Assembly (NCBI RefSeq): GCF_006345805.1
Contig: NW_021832829.1
Location: 62,001 to 126,000 of the forward strand
Direction of reading: 5' to 3'
Origin: Octopus sinensis
Lineage: Eukaryota
Length of the DNA stretch: 64,000 nucleotides
In this document: one piece after another, positions 35,961-49,019 of the stretch
How the letters are laid out: each line of letters starts with the position of its first letter
Numbering within the stretch: the first letter of the stretch is position 1
Position numbers and translations under genes: made by a program
The notes under the pieces: generated by a model
What the model saw: only the letters and a program-made list of their open reading frames with translations
Database searches by the model: none
Told to the model about the DNA's origin: nothing

Positions 35961-37005
35961 TGTCTAACAGTATCGCCGATTTTTATTGGAAATTTTTATT
36001 GGCGTTTTCTTTTACTTTTTTTCGGTAATTTTTTAAATGCTCCGACGTTTGATAATCTGATTCAATTTAAATTTCATCCTCCGATGAATACTCCGTTCTT
36101 TCGAATGATGATTCGATTTCTTTATTATCAAACAAAGAAACAGTACTGAATCCCGAAGTTCCAAAAAATAATCTAAAAATAAAATTTACGAAGCAACCTA
36201 AAAGGTGACTTTCCGGTAGCACGATGAATAGTCGTGTTGTACTTATAGACAGTATTCTTCAAAATATCAATCCAATTATTGGATTCGGATTGAAATATTG
36301 TTTTTGCTAACCAACGCTTTAGCGTTTGATTATATCGTTCTACCTGCCCTTGTGATTGAGGGTGTCTTGGTCTTTCATGAATCGTCTTTATCCCCCAATC
36401 AAGTAATAAATGAAACTTCAGAGTTACAAAACTCTTTTCCCTTATCCGTGTGTAAGGTTTCAGGTGGCCCAACTGAGTAAAACAAGTTTTCAAAAGAATT
36501 TCTTATATTTTGAGAAGTTTTACTTATTAAGGAAAATGACCATGCAAATTTTGAATAACAATCAATTATATTAAGAATCCATTTATATTCTCTATTATTA
36601 GAAGAATATCTCCGAAGATCTATACAATCCGCCACAAATCTTTCGAATTTATGTGAAACGGAAATCATTTGAATATCTTCGCATGTCTTTAGACTGTGGA
36701 AATGGTTGCGAGAATCACAAGTTGATATAAAATGGCAAATAACTTTTCGATTTATACCAATATATTTTTGGGAAATTAAATGCCACATCTTGGAAACTCC
36801 AGGATGTCCGATAGAATGTTCTTTAGTTAAAATTGAATTGATTTTGGATTCTTGGAAGAAACAGACAACAGTACGAAAGTTTCCATTAAGTGCAAGAATT
36901 AATTCTCCATTTATAAGTTTTAAATTCTGACACTTTCGGCGTAACGTACGCTTTTGATTTTCATTGAAATCATTAGGATACTCATTATATTCGACATAGT
37001 TCATT
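35960..37005 (-). mobile_element. Ginger2-like integrase element, disrupted
   Basis: EHSIGHPGVSK, DCIDLR, WILNIIDCYSKFAW, LHTDKGKEF, RPRHPQSQGQVERYNQTLK. Confidence 0.8.
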
Positions 37006-37017
37006 ATGTTCTTTAGT

Positions 37018-38700
37018 TTAATGCTGAACGAGCGAGTTAGCTCCCCTTTGGTGAGTGTTCCACACTGCATAATCTTTGTTGAGAATCAATGCTTTAGTTA
37101 TTACGTCTTCGGAACCATGTTTATATTCTACGAACTTTCCTTCCAACGTCTTCTTTAATGCAATCGTTTGGATGTACGCCAGAACACTGTCTTTAATGCC
37201 AATCAAATCCATGTATATTTTAAAATACTTGGAGGTGATCGCATCCCAGGTAATGACAATTGGAAGTATTTTGAGTTTGGCTTTGTAAATGATTTCTAAT
37301 TCACTTGCCAGGATATCATATTTATGAAGTTTTTCAACTTCAACTGCTTTTAAATTATCCACACATGTCACTCCAATCCCTATTAGCCACATCTGGTTTA
37401 ATTTTTTGTCGTATAGAAAAATGTCCTGCTTGTTATATTGAATTTTTGATTCGGTAGGGATAGTAGTGTCAACTCGTAATTCAGCACGATCATTGGTAAT
37501 TACGCTTTGGATAGAGTGTAAGTCTTTAACCTTATTGATTTTTGAATCCAAATTTTCTGCATATGTGCATGTGTATGCATTTAACAATTTCGTTATGTCG
37601 CCTTGTATAATCGGAATTAAGCATTCTATTGCATCGAGTTTCCAAATGGTTGACTGTCTTATTAGAAGATTTCCAATGTGGGCATTTCGAACCAAGCTCG
37701 CGGAAGAAAATATTCCTGTCATGCAAAAAGAAGAACATGGCTTCAGATTTAGGGGAAATATTTCCTTTTACAATCCATTTTGAGGATGTCTGTATATCGA
37801 AAGTCTCATTATCAAGTGATTCAAATAATTTTGAATGAAGAGTTTTCTGTTTAGTGTCTGTTCAATGTGCTGGGTTATTCATATTTTATTTGCAAGAATT
37901 CTGTGATTGTGGCCATATGTGACTTTCTTTGTTGTTCAGCCCACAGAATTCCTGCACTCCTTAGAGAAGTAAATTTTCGTCTTTCCAGACTTGTTTTGAA
38001 ATCAAGCAACATTTTCTTAGCTTTGAAAGTGATTGATATCAATCCCCTTCCAAACATATTCCTCGGTAAGTAAAGTCTTTCTTTGCAAGCTGGTTTCATA
38101 TGCACATTCAAATTCATAAGTATCTTGCTGACTAATTTATCAATTTCTTCAAATCTAAGTCAATGAAGCCAATATAGTAATTGCACAGTGATAGAGCATG
38201 TTCATTAATTGCTTTAAATAAATTGACTGAGTTTAATTTAGTTTCTGATAACTTTTCAATATGGTTTTGCATTTCTTCTTTAATATTTTTAAGTACGTCT
38301 TCTTTGAGTACTTTACTACATCTGTTTTCTAAAACTCATAAATATCTGTAGCTGTCCAGACCATCCATCAATTTACCATCATTTCTTAATAGATAACTAT
38401 TTGTTGCTGATTTATCGAAATTCTTCTCCAATCCAGATGATTCAAAGTAATATTTCACATCTTCCATCATCCACGCCAATGTCTCCTCTTCTTTGGACAA
38501 TAGCTTCAAGTCGTCAATGAATAGGAAGTGATTTGTAGAAAAGGTTAAGGAATTAATGCCACCAGAATTTATCGATCAAAGAGACTTTCCAGTTTTGAAT
38601 AATTGACATAATAAAACTAGTTATCCAATTAGGAGTTCAGAGTTTTCGAGGATTTCAACTGAGTCAAATGCTTTCTTGACGTCAATCCATGCATAAAATA
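37018..38700 (-). mobile_element. Degenerate R4/Dong-like RT-REL retroelement
   Basis: AWIDVKKAFDSV, HFLFIDDLKL, ERLYLPRNMFGRGL, DYTRRHNEIVKCIH, RVDTTIPT..QDIFLYD, EKLHKYD. Confidence 0.8.
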
Positions 38701-39218
38701 TTTATTATCGTGCGCTCTGTTGACGCATTTGTTTAAAAGTTCAAGTTGAATTAAATAAATAAGACAATCAAATTTAAAATATGAACGAATAAATGATAGC
38801 ATGGTCTCTTACATTAAAAAATGGAACCCAAATGGACAATTTTGGCGGCCAATTTATTATCAGAAAAGTCAAAAAAAGGAAATAAGATACAATTAAGAAG
38901 ATTATTATGGAAAGCAGTCAAAGAACAAGAAGGATTCAGATTCGGATTAAAAAAACAGCCAAAAATATTCTTGATTACTTTTTTAAAAAACTTGAACAAA
39001 TTTTTTATTCTATTATTTGCCAACTTTTAGAGATCTCCAACATTGACAAATAACAGAATATTCACTTATGATTTGTGCAATAAATATTATTATTATCAAT
39101 TGTGATTGGAGATTATTTAATAATTAATATTTTTATTTAAATATAATTTCCTCAAAGGCGAACGTGAAATTAAACAAACTAACTATAATTCTCAAAGGAT
39201 TACTTAAAGCTGTGACAA

Positions 39219-40604
39219 ATGCTTGATCCAGACTCTCCCCGCAGGCGTAATTCTAAGCATGTAATGATTTATGGATGAGACTTTAGTCTGAAGACTCAGA
39301 GGAAGATTCCATGGGACTGCCCTCTGCAGAGGAAGTCAGAAAACTAATTCCACAGTCAAGTTACCAGGATTATCAATCACTCCGAAATGTCCCACCGAAA
39401 CTAAGAAATATGGTCATCCGAATTTTGATCGGGTCTTTGCTTATTTTGAGTTTTATCCTCGTCATCTTCTTTGGTCCGACTGCAGTGGTGTCACTCGTAT
39501 GTCTGCTCCAATTAATGAGCTTCCACGAAATCATAAAAGTGGGCTATGTGGTTTATAGATCACACAATCTGCCCTTCTTCCGTGTCCTCAGTTGGTATTT
39601 TCTCTTTGCCTTCAATTACTTTCTTCACGGAGATGCATTGGCTCTCATTGTTGGCCAAAAACTGAATATAAGCGTAGAACATTTTCTTTATTTATAGAGA
39701 GGAATATATTTTTTGATCAGACATCACCCACTGATATCCTTTGGATTGTATTTGACTGGTCTGGTCATGTTTGTTCTCTCCCTTGTTAAGAAACACTACA
39801 CCAAACAATTCACTCTGGTGACTGGCTTATTAATTCTAGTTCGGGTATACACACGTCGCTCTTATGATACTGAGCTGTGCCAACTTCCAAATAAAGAACA
39901 CTGCGAATGGACTTGTTTGGTTTGTCCTCCCTGTTCTCCTTATCATCGTCAATGATATCATGTCATATTTTGTGGGGTCATACATCGGGAGGACTCCTCT
40001 TATTAAATTATCACCTAAAAAGACATGGGAAGGTTTTATTGGGGGGTTTGTCTTCACTCTTATCTTTGCTGTGCTGGTATTTTTATTTTTACAGAGTAGT
40101 GTGCCCAATCCATGGCTCCTTATGACTTTTTTGTGTGTCCTTCGTCAAGTGACATACCCTGCCACCGCCCCTATCCTTTCCAACTAGCCACTCTGCAACT
40201 TCCTGCTTTCGTATTTGTGATATGACTATGGCAGATTGGAGGGAGGACAGTCACCTACTACCCCTTCGTGTTCGATGCAGTGTTTTTGGGACTGTTTGCG
40301 TCTCTTATTGCCCCATTCGGTGGCTTCTTTGCTAGTGGATTCAAACGGGCATTTCGTCTTAAGGACTTTGGACAAATCCTGCCTGGGCATGGAGGACTAT
40401 TAGATAGGTTTGACTGTCAGTTCCTGATGGGTGCATTCGTATATGTCTACTACAGCAGTTTCATGGAGTAATCCCTTATCTTATTCCCACAGCTGTTCAG
40501 CCGACACAGTCTACAGAATGCTGCGCTATTTGACACCCGAAGAACAGTTGGATGTCTACTTTAACTTGACTAATTCCCTAACATTAGCTGGTTATTTAAA
40601 TTGA
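39219..40604 (+). CDS. Phosphatidate cytidylyltransferase (CDP-DAG synthase, CDS1/2-like)
   Basis: [29 protein letters not shown]; [40 protein letters not shown] signature. Confidence 0.92.
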
Positions 40605-40675
40605 TTTGTCTGGTTATTTACATTGATTTTTTTCCGAATGAATTCTACTTGAATAAATAAGAAGATTGTTAATAG

Positions 40676-41483
40676 TTATGCAGGAATTTGATAGATAAAG
40701 TCGATCACCTTCACCAACATAATCGTAAATGTGCGTAGCCAAGGATTAGTGTTTGCTGAACTGAGAATTCGACTTCTCACAAGCTGAAGACAATATCTAA
40801 AAGAATTAATGAAATATCCAACCTGGAGTAACTATTCCTACGGGAAGCAATCCTCATAAGGATATACTGGCGAGACAATATGGCCGCAATTAGGGATGCC
40901 TGTCCTCTGCAGTAGAACAAGAGGACTAACCTGAGGATGAGAACTATACAAATGGGGAAAAGACACAACTCAACATACGCACTGGCAGTCAGGAGAGTAG
41001 GAGTGAGTCCCGACAGATATTTGAAAGTGGGAGAACTGCCTCCGAACGAACTGAGGACTCTGTTGAAAAAGGAAAGGACGGAAACGAATGAGTAGACAGT
41101 AACAGGGACGAGTATAACTACACTTAATTCGACTAATAAAACAGGCAGTGGGGACGACATTCAACATGATCAGAGAATAGAAAACAAAGTGGAAACTGTC
41201 CTCTCCAGACAAGGCACTGAAATAGTCACATATCCCTTTGAAGGTCTTTTCCTTGATCGGAGGACTGCGTTGATAGAGTCTTCCCAGGCTGGTTAAGCCA
41301 AAGGAGTAGAGCAAATATCGGTAGGCCAAAAAAGACGAACTAAAGTAAAGGAAAAAGCTCACGAGAAGACAAATGTAACCACCAAAGAAAGAGTGCTGAG
41401 TCTAAACATGCACAATACTGCATCGTATTTGTTATTGAGTATAAATGACTAGGGAATATCACACAATCACTAACTATGACCAT
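40676..41483 (-). CDS. TMEM33: TMEM33/Pom33-like ER membrane protein
   Basis: NKYDAVLCMFRL, RLYQR, GEDSFHFVFYSLI, VELCLFP, YILMRIASRRNSYSR pattern; multi-exon. Confidence 0.75.
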
Positions 41484-41584
41484 TATAAATCGCGTGTATG
41501 ATATTAATTATTTAATATTATACAAATTTATAATTTACTATTAATTTAAGTCAATCATTATGGGAAACCAAACATATCAAATAT

Positions 41585-42532
41585 TCAAACACGCAAGAAC
41601 TCTCGTACGTGACCTACAAACCCGGCCAGGTCTTCCCTATATGGACAATGACCACAATTCTCCATATATATCAACGTATAGTTCGGAAAGTGGGTAGCCA
41701 GTCTCATCACATTGTCCCGACTGGGCATATGAGGACTCAATACCTCATCATGTCTGACCTCATCCCTCCAATAAAGAACACTCTCCCTTCAAACCTTCCC
41801 TCAATTTCCAATCCCGACGGACGAGCTGACTCATAGAACTGTTTAAGTGAGTTGACATTAAAATTGAGTGTATAAACATTCATAGATGACACTACATTCA
41901 GTCGAAGGAACTTTTCCAGCTTCCTCGCCTCAAATAAATAACTTTTCTACCTCAAATGGGAGACCAGGACTCTCCAAAACTTCAGAAATGACATCATCAA
42001 TTGGAATTTTATCAGAATAGTTGGCCAAACGTGATTCCAGTAGTACAAGCGAGTGCAAAAGTGGCTCGATTTTGTTGTTGGATGTATAATATGGAGTGAT
42101 ATCGACAATTATCAATTCAGCGAGGTTATTTGACTAGAATATAAAGAGAAAGGCCAACATATGTCAGTGCGTAGAGAGAAGCCACCAGTCCGCCCATACT
42201 GTGTCCCAATATGCTTATTCTAGAATGGCCCAACTTGGTTCTGAGACAGTCAAGGTCGGCAATCATCAGGTCGCAGTTAATCTCGTCGGTGTACTCACTT
42301 TCTCCGTGATTCCGTGCATCAACTAATACAACCTGAGAGGATTTTTGACGTCGTAACCTGAACACCGAGGTTACATAGTCCTTCGGCTACAAGGGACCAG
42401 TCCTTTTTAGTGCAGAGTAATCCGTGGAGAATATAAAGTGGGTATTTGTATAATTGTTGGTGCGGAGACTTCACCACGTAACATAGTTCGACTTTTAATT
42501 TATTTAAAAGCCTTACCAGGAGTAGATGGCAT
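41585..42532 (-). CDS. Alpha/beta hydrolase, ABHD11-like
   Basis: PLYILHGLL..DW, VDARNHGES, ILGHSMGG, LIIVDITP. Start inferred. Confidence 0.8.
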
Positions 42533-43348
42533 TTTAAGATTAGGGTTTTATTATTTTGAATATTTAGATTAAATAGTAAGCATATAAACAATATAAATTT
42601 AACATGGATAGAATGCTCTGAAGATAGAAAGCCAGAAGAGGCTAGACCGAGCCACTTTGTTGGCGAAATGTGTTTGAAAAAAGACAGTCCCCCGAATAAA
42701 GATTTCTTGTCCTGAGAATTTGAATTTCTTTTTTCCTCTTATTTCAAGTTTTCACACTATCCCATTTCCCATACTAAATGGAATTAATACCAAACTAAGT
42801 GGGATTAATAACAAAGGAAGTGGGATCAATAAAGGATTACGTTTATTATAAATAGTATATTTCGATCCAACGAATAAAAATGCTACGTAAATTGTTGGAA
42901 AAAGAAAATCAAATGCATAGAAATAAAATACATTTAAATTCAGCCGCCGAAAAAAAATGGACAAAAACAACAATTAAACTCAATATCTCGAGAACAGCAG
43001 CTTATCGTGTAAACCTGACACGAGAGGTGGTAATTATAGAAAAAAGCTTAAAAACGAACATGTCGATAACACAATTACCCTTAATGGAATAAAACAAAAA
43101 TTTGAAACAAAATTTGAAATGTGATTTAGGATAACTCAGAAAGAATAAAGCAACTAAAGATATTTTATCAGAAATATAAAATGACATTAAGTTAGTGAGA
43201 TGGGCTGTACTTTATCTGATCGGAGGTTTATAAAAGACGGACTTACTTAATTAAAGACAGTACTTAATAGTACTTAATTAAATGAGAAGGCATCGAATCC
43301 ACTTTCGACGTATTTCGATCAAAATAAAAGTAAAACCGATTAAAAAAT

Positions 43349-45074
43349 TTATAAAAAAAAATTTTCGTTCTCATAGATTTCAATATCTTCCATCATTAAA
43401 AGATGCCCCCCTAAAAAGTACATTTTGTTGATGTAGTTTCCCTGATAGATCCTGAGCTCCGGATACTGAAATAAACCACCAACATAAACCTTTTCCATCA
43501 TTGAAAAGAACAATTTCCCAGTAACCCGACTATCACTCCCTGCGTGGTGGGATTCTCCTTCCCTTATAACCTACCCAATCGACTTCCATTACGTCATACT
43601 CCAAAGTTGTAGGCGATGTCATTGAGTCCTCTTTCATTTTCGAAGGAATCTACGCAAATGAGCTTAAGATCAAAGATCTGATTGAAGTATATTTTGAGTC
43701 TTTTGAAGTAGTCGACCTCCCGCTCCGGAAGCACTTCTGGCTTGAGGATTTTATACAAATAGGCAAAATCATAGGCACTATATTGAGCCAAAATAGGTAC
43801 CAGTGGAATCCTATAAAAACGTTTCTCGGGTTGAGAATAAGCCCAGAACTAATCAGCAGCGTTCCAAATTTCGTTGGATCTATTCCATATTTTTTGTGCA
43901 TAAAAATTTCGAGTCCTTGGTTTTGGAGGAAGTTGATGGAGTTAAAGTTTTGGATTTCCGTCCTGAAAATGTGAAAGAGTAATACTTATAATCCCAATGC
44001 ATGTTAAATTGCCACGTGTGGGTGCCGACAGGGCTGCGTCCATACTGGTCGAAAAGCGAAATTCCTATCTGGATCACATTGGTGAGGTCCACGTTAGCTC
44101 GCATATATTTGTACCCCATGAAGCGTATCCCGTAAGTGTTTCCCGAAACTACATTTCCAGGGAACTCAGTGTCCTTCGAAATAAGATGGAATGCTTACAA
44201 TTGCAATGTGGTTATAAACTTTCGAAATTCTCGTTATTCTTGCAAACTCAAAATCCACGTTTGTTTTCCACACGTCTATGATACCCGCAGGTTCGATGTA
44301 TTCTTTGACTGGGTAGGGATGATCAGGGTTTTCAGGGGTGAAAGGAATCTCTACATAAGGAGGTGGGATTGGCATTTCTCCGCTGTAGTTATATAATATA
44401 TGTTTCTCCTGTGGTTTGTCTTTCCACCAAAATTTTGGAACCAAGGGAATCTCGAACTCCATCATAGGAGGCAAAGGAGGCCAAATCTCGAATATTTTTG
44501 TACGTGGTAGCTGAGAAATTTTTTGTACACGTTTTTCGATTTTAAACTGCAAATATTCCTCAGGACAGGAATCTTCGTATTCCTCGGGACGGGGTGGTAC
44601 ATAAACTTCACGGAAACGTTGATGGGAAGAGTCACAGATTGCTAGTTGTGGATCTATGGGTTCGGGTGGGAAGGATATTTCTGGAAAGGGTTGTTCGTAG
44701 AAGTCTGGGTAAAATTGTTGGTACATATCAGGATATGTTTGGTAAAATGGATCGGGATACGGTTGTTGATATATATCGGGATAAGGTTGTTGATATATAT
44801 CGGGATAAGGTTGTTGATATATATCGGGATAAGGTTGTTGATATATATTGGGATAAGGTTGGTTGTATATATTAGGAAATGGTTGGTAAAATGGATCAGA
44901 GTACGATTGTTGGTATACGTTTGGTGAAAAGGGTTGTTGAAAAGTTCCATAAGGATTGTAGCCGTAGTATAGGGAATATGACCCCCGTGATGTGTATACC
45001 GTGCTTACGGGGAACATATAATATTGGTTTTGGTAAGTTCGAGGTGTAGGTCTAAATGAGCGATTGAAAGGCAT
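43349..45074 (-). CDS. CAF1/POP2 (CNOT7/8-family) DEDDh deadenylase with a long Pro/Tyr/Gln-rich N-terminal extension
   Basis: Spliced: DTEFPG, RANVDLTNVIQIG, TWQFN, SGLIL, AYDFAY, IFDLK, HHAGSDS. All catalytic positions are present. Confidence 0.85.
44740..44880 (-). repeat. 24-bp coding tandem repeat (YQQPYPDI units)
   Basis: GTTGTTGATATATATCGGGATAAG-like units in the CAF1 N-terminal ORF. Confidence 0.85.
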
Positions 45075-45521
45075 TATTATGTATGATATTAGTTAATAGA
45101 CACTATTCATTGGGTGACCATTTTTTACTCATTTTCTGACTTTTTAATTATAAACATTAATAACAAATCAAAATATCTCATTTTTGAGGCTTACTATACA
45201 TTTTTTATTTCATCCGAAATTCTTTACGCTATAAACGAATTTTACGCTAAAACGTCAAAAAATAATCTGTCAAGAAATTGTCTTGGTAAACTGTCTTTTT
45301 TTTCGATGTCACCTTTAAATTTTTTTTCGATGTCACCTCTCAACTTTAGACAAACTCTGATTTTGTCCCAAAGTGGGAGGAGTACAAGTTATATACTAGA
45401 ACATACGGTTTATTAAAATTTTTTTCTAGAAAGGTTAAAATAATAGTTCAATATTATTATACATTTTATTTGTTAAATACTTTTATATTTAAAATATAAT
45501 AGTAAATATTAGAACGTTTCA

Positions 45522-45880
45522 ATGTCATCGGTTGTTGTGTTATGTTTATTTATTGTTACATTTCTAATAAAATATAGCTACAATAAAAATTTTAGAATAT
45601 ATTAACACCAAAAAGACTTTTGAATGACCTCGCAGGGAAGGTTGTTTCTGTGAAAACCAAGTGGGGTACTGAATATAAGGGATACCTCGTGTCTAGTGAC
45701 TCCTACATGAATTTTTATGTAAAAATTAGTTATGTAGTCCTTAATTAGCTCGCCAATTCAGAAGAGCACGTGGATGGAGTTCTACAGAGTTCGTTAGGGG
45801 AGATCTTTATTCGGTGCAACAATGTAATGTACGTGCATGGCGTCGAGGAGGACGACGAGGAAGGGGAGACCAAGGATTAG
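45522..45880 (+). CDS. SNRPF: Small nuclear ribonucleoprotein SmF
   Basis: [32 protein letters not shown] / [24 protein letters not shown]; 30-nt intron at 45719-45748. First exon approximate. Confidence 0.9.
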
Positions 45881-45989
45881 TCTTCATTTTATTTGATTCT
45901 TATCTTTTTCATTTGTTTTTCTTCTCATTTTCTAACATGTTTTGTTGGGCTTATGTTTTCTGTTTAATTACTGTTTTTTGTAATGACTT

Positions 45990-46300
45990 TACTTTTCAAA
46001 CATACAAATTTGGTGAGTGATCGACTAGTAGTGATTTCTACGTTTTGTATAGATGAAATTGAGTGAATGGAAGGATTTCTGCATATTTTTGGGATTCTCT
46101 TCCTGGGATTATTCTGAGTAAATTTAAATTAAAGGACATGCTCACATATCGACTCTCGGCATTCTCAAGACACTTGTCTGCCTCATTCCAATTCTGATTG
46201 AGCATGAGTCCATTCGCAGCGAGGATGTAGGCTTCCATATTTTCTAAACAGTCCTGGTCAGGCTTTACTTTTCAAACATACACATTTTGTATGGGATGTA
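45990..46300 (-). pseudogene. Helical-repeat (TPR-like) gene fragment
   Basis: MEAYILAANGLMLNQNWNEADKCLENAE; abuts a LINE fragment; no clear start. Confidence 0.3.
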
Positions 46301-46329
46301 CATAATGACCAGCCTTCGTTGTGCCAAAC

Positions 46330-46800
46330 GAGATCCCGATTATCTTGAAAACCTTATCTGCTTTGATAAGATTTCTCACTTCTACGGAACTATTCAAGTT
46401 GTTTCTGATTAGAGTGAGCAGACCACTGCCTCCTTTTGTTTTGCGATCCAGCCTGATAGCCTTGTAGACCGGGAATGAGGGCGTATGATCGTTAGGAGAT
46501 AGTTTGGTTTATTGTATCATGGCCACGTTGGTACTCAGGTTTGTCAGGAGTGTGCGGGGTTCTCTGATCCCGTTGATGTTTAGCTGGAGAGCCGTGAAGT
46601 GTTTTCTACTTCTGCGGGCTGCGGATATCCTCCGGAGAAATCGGTCTTAGGAAGAGTGTGTTGTCTTGGAACGAGAATGTTTCCAGGGGAGCGAGTTTTA
46701 ATGATTCTTTCTCGATAGGGATTATGTAAATAGATTGATTGCATTTAGTTTAGTCTCCGATAGTCTTCGGATACGATTTTTTATTTCCTCTTTAATATTT
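46330..46800 (-). mobile_element. LINE fragment: ORF1 end and APE endonuclease N-terminus
   Basis: ALQLNINGI..AMIQ..YKAIRLDR..GGSGLLTLIR. Confidence 0.65.
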
Positions 46801-47249
46801 ATGTTTATATTTTTAAGTATTTGACTGCAACTGGCTCGTAGCACTCTCAAATAACAATACTCCATCCATTAATCCAAGTTTGTTCCTCAATAAATAACAA
46901 TTTTTCTCTGATTTCTCAAAATTCTTGTTTTAACCAATTATTTTAAACTAAACGTTTAATTGTATATAAACATTTTACCCATCGCTGAAATTTTTCAACG
47001 TGATAAACCACAAACCCACATCTACTCTTTGCAAAAAGTCAGCAAAATAATTACTGGAGAACGAACGTTCGAAAAAAAGAGACTTCATTGATTTACTTCC
47101 CATTTTTTACCTCTTAGACTAAGGGAAATACGTCTCAGGTGCTAAAAAAATTAATTTTTTAGAGAATCAAAATTTTGTGATATTTTTTTACATTATTGAT
47201 TTAAGACTGAAGCAACCTACTTGGCCAATTTCGAAGAATTTATAAAAAA

Positions 47250-47800
47250 AAATTATTACTGGTATGAACATAAATTGGAACAAATTCCTAATGAAACAGG
47301 CTAAGACAAAAAATCGAGAAAGAAAGCTAATTATTTGACAGTATTAGACAATACGAGACCCTTTTTGATTTCTAACAATTTTTGACTTAATTGAAGGAAA
47401 AATTTATTTATAAAGTGGCAAGTAGTGTTCCATACATTAATGCCAATCTGCGTTCGATTATTTTTGAAATCTCTAAATTTCTAATAAAATATAAAATAAC
47501 GATGTCAATTTTCATAAATTGATCAATTTCGTTATTCTTTAATGCTTTACCTGGTTTTACTTTTCTCTGGACATGTTTTCGCTAATTCTAATATTTCTGA
47601 AAAAGTGTATATTTAGGACACAAATATATTATAGAAAAGGCTCACCGTTTTTATTAAAAATATACTAACAGATTTTTTGAAGATTCCTGGTAATTTTCTC
47701 TTTATATTTTTGTAGATTGGGAGTTTAACATTGATTTTGGCAAATTCAAGGCATTGACCATTTTGTATAATTTAATTTAGGAAGTCATACAATCTAATAC
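47250..47800 (-). mobile_element. Highly decayed LINE RT remnant
   Basis: Fragmentary KLPIYK and QGSRI-like RT motifs among many stop codons. Confidence 0.35.
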
Positions 47801-48399
47801 CAATATTGATTCAGGTTAAATTAATAAGAATCATTCTAGATAAAAATTCTCAGAATCTGGTAAAATATTAATTATCGTTATTTTGAGACTTTTCAATTCA
47901 TTGAGTGTATTAGTGTAAACTTCAGTAAATTAAGTAAAATATATTTGATTTTTTATAGATTATGAAAATGAAAACGTACGAAATTTTGTCGATAAAATAG
48001 TATTTTTACATTTTTATATAAATTTAGATGAGATTTAGAAATATGAGTATGACGGAAATATTATTATATCATGAAATACTAATTGAGAACAACAATATAT
48101 TATGGAACTTAAATGTAAGGTTGCAAAACTAGATATAGAATGACATTATAAAAAGGTGGACTAATTTAGAACAAACAAATCGCGAAAAAATTAAGATGAT
48201 ATTTGATTTAATGCAAGAAACCGTAGATACTATAATTAAAAATTACAGTCCAGAACAAAAAAGTATATTTTAATCTACCTTAACAAATACTATATCGGGA
48301 TTATATTCTAGATATGAATGTGGGTAAAGGAGTAAATTCTTTTAAAAGTAATGAAATCAAATTAATTTAATTATTTTAGGATTCACACTCATTCTCACT

Positions 48400-48800
48400 T
48401 CCCTGGCATCAATAGCATCGCTATTGAATTGTTAGATAACCTTTACTAAACTTTAACCATTTATTCGATAAATCTACTAATTTATTAACTTAGAAGTTTT
48501 CTGAATAAACAAACAAATGCAGTTTACATATCCTCTTCTGTGCCTCTTTTTTCTCAAATTAACGGGAGGTCGATTTCTAAGGCTCCCTATTTGTCTCTGG
48601 TTTTACAGAAAAAACGAACAGCAATAGAAACATACAATGCCACAATTCCTAAACTCCACCTATATTAGATTTGTAGATGATTCGACTTTTGAGTTATTGA
48701 TTCTAATTAATAACGGAGAATTTATTTTTTTGAAAACGATTAACGAGATAACTAAAATTGTTTAACACCAAGACCACAGTAAAAACATAACAAATCAATC
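48400..48800 (+). mobile_element. Decayed Penelope-like RT remnant
   Basis: QINGRSI, YIRFVDD and NNGEFIFL fragments resemble PLE RT motifs. Confidence 0.4.
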
Positions 48801-49019
48801 ACGTAATCCCGATGCACTTTACAAGCGACCTCATCTTTAGAGGAGCAGTTGAGTCTTCGTCAGCACAGGAAATGTTACAGAGAAAAAAAAATTTCACAAA
48901 GATCAACCAATGATCTCAGCTTTGAGAAACAAAAAATACACAATAGTGATCCTTTTTTCTCATGCAAAAAACGCCAATTAAATCTAACCAAATATGTTTC
49001 AAGGATGCCAAATAAATTA

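Noticed and set aside
42600-43330. Short ORFs between ABHD11 and CAF1
   Set aside because: No recognisable domain or TIR/TSD; possibly a decayed TE, but unsupported.
44594-44950. Alternative-frame and antisense repeat ORFs (VVDIYRDK, IYIGIRLL, LIPIYINN)
   Set aside because: They are by-products of the 24-bp repeat; only the YQQPYPDI frame continues into CAF1.
10175-45880. Stop-codon reassignment to explain the fragmented ORFs
   Set aside because: Breaks are repaired by short GT-AG introns, and genes end in TAA, TAG and TGA.
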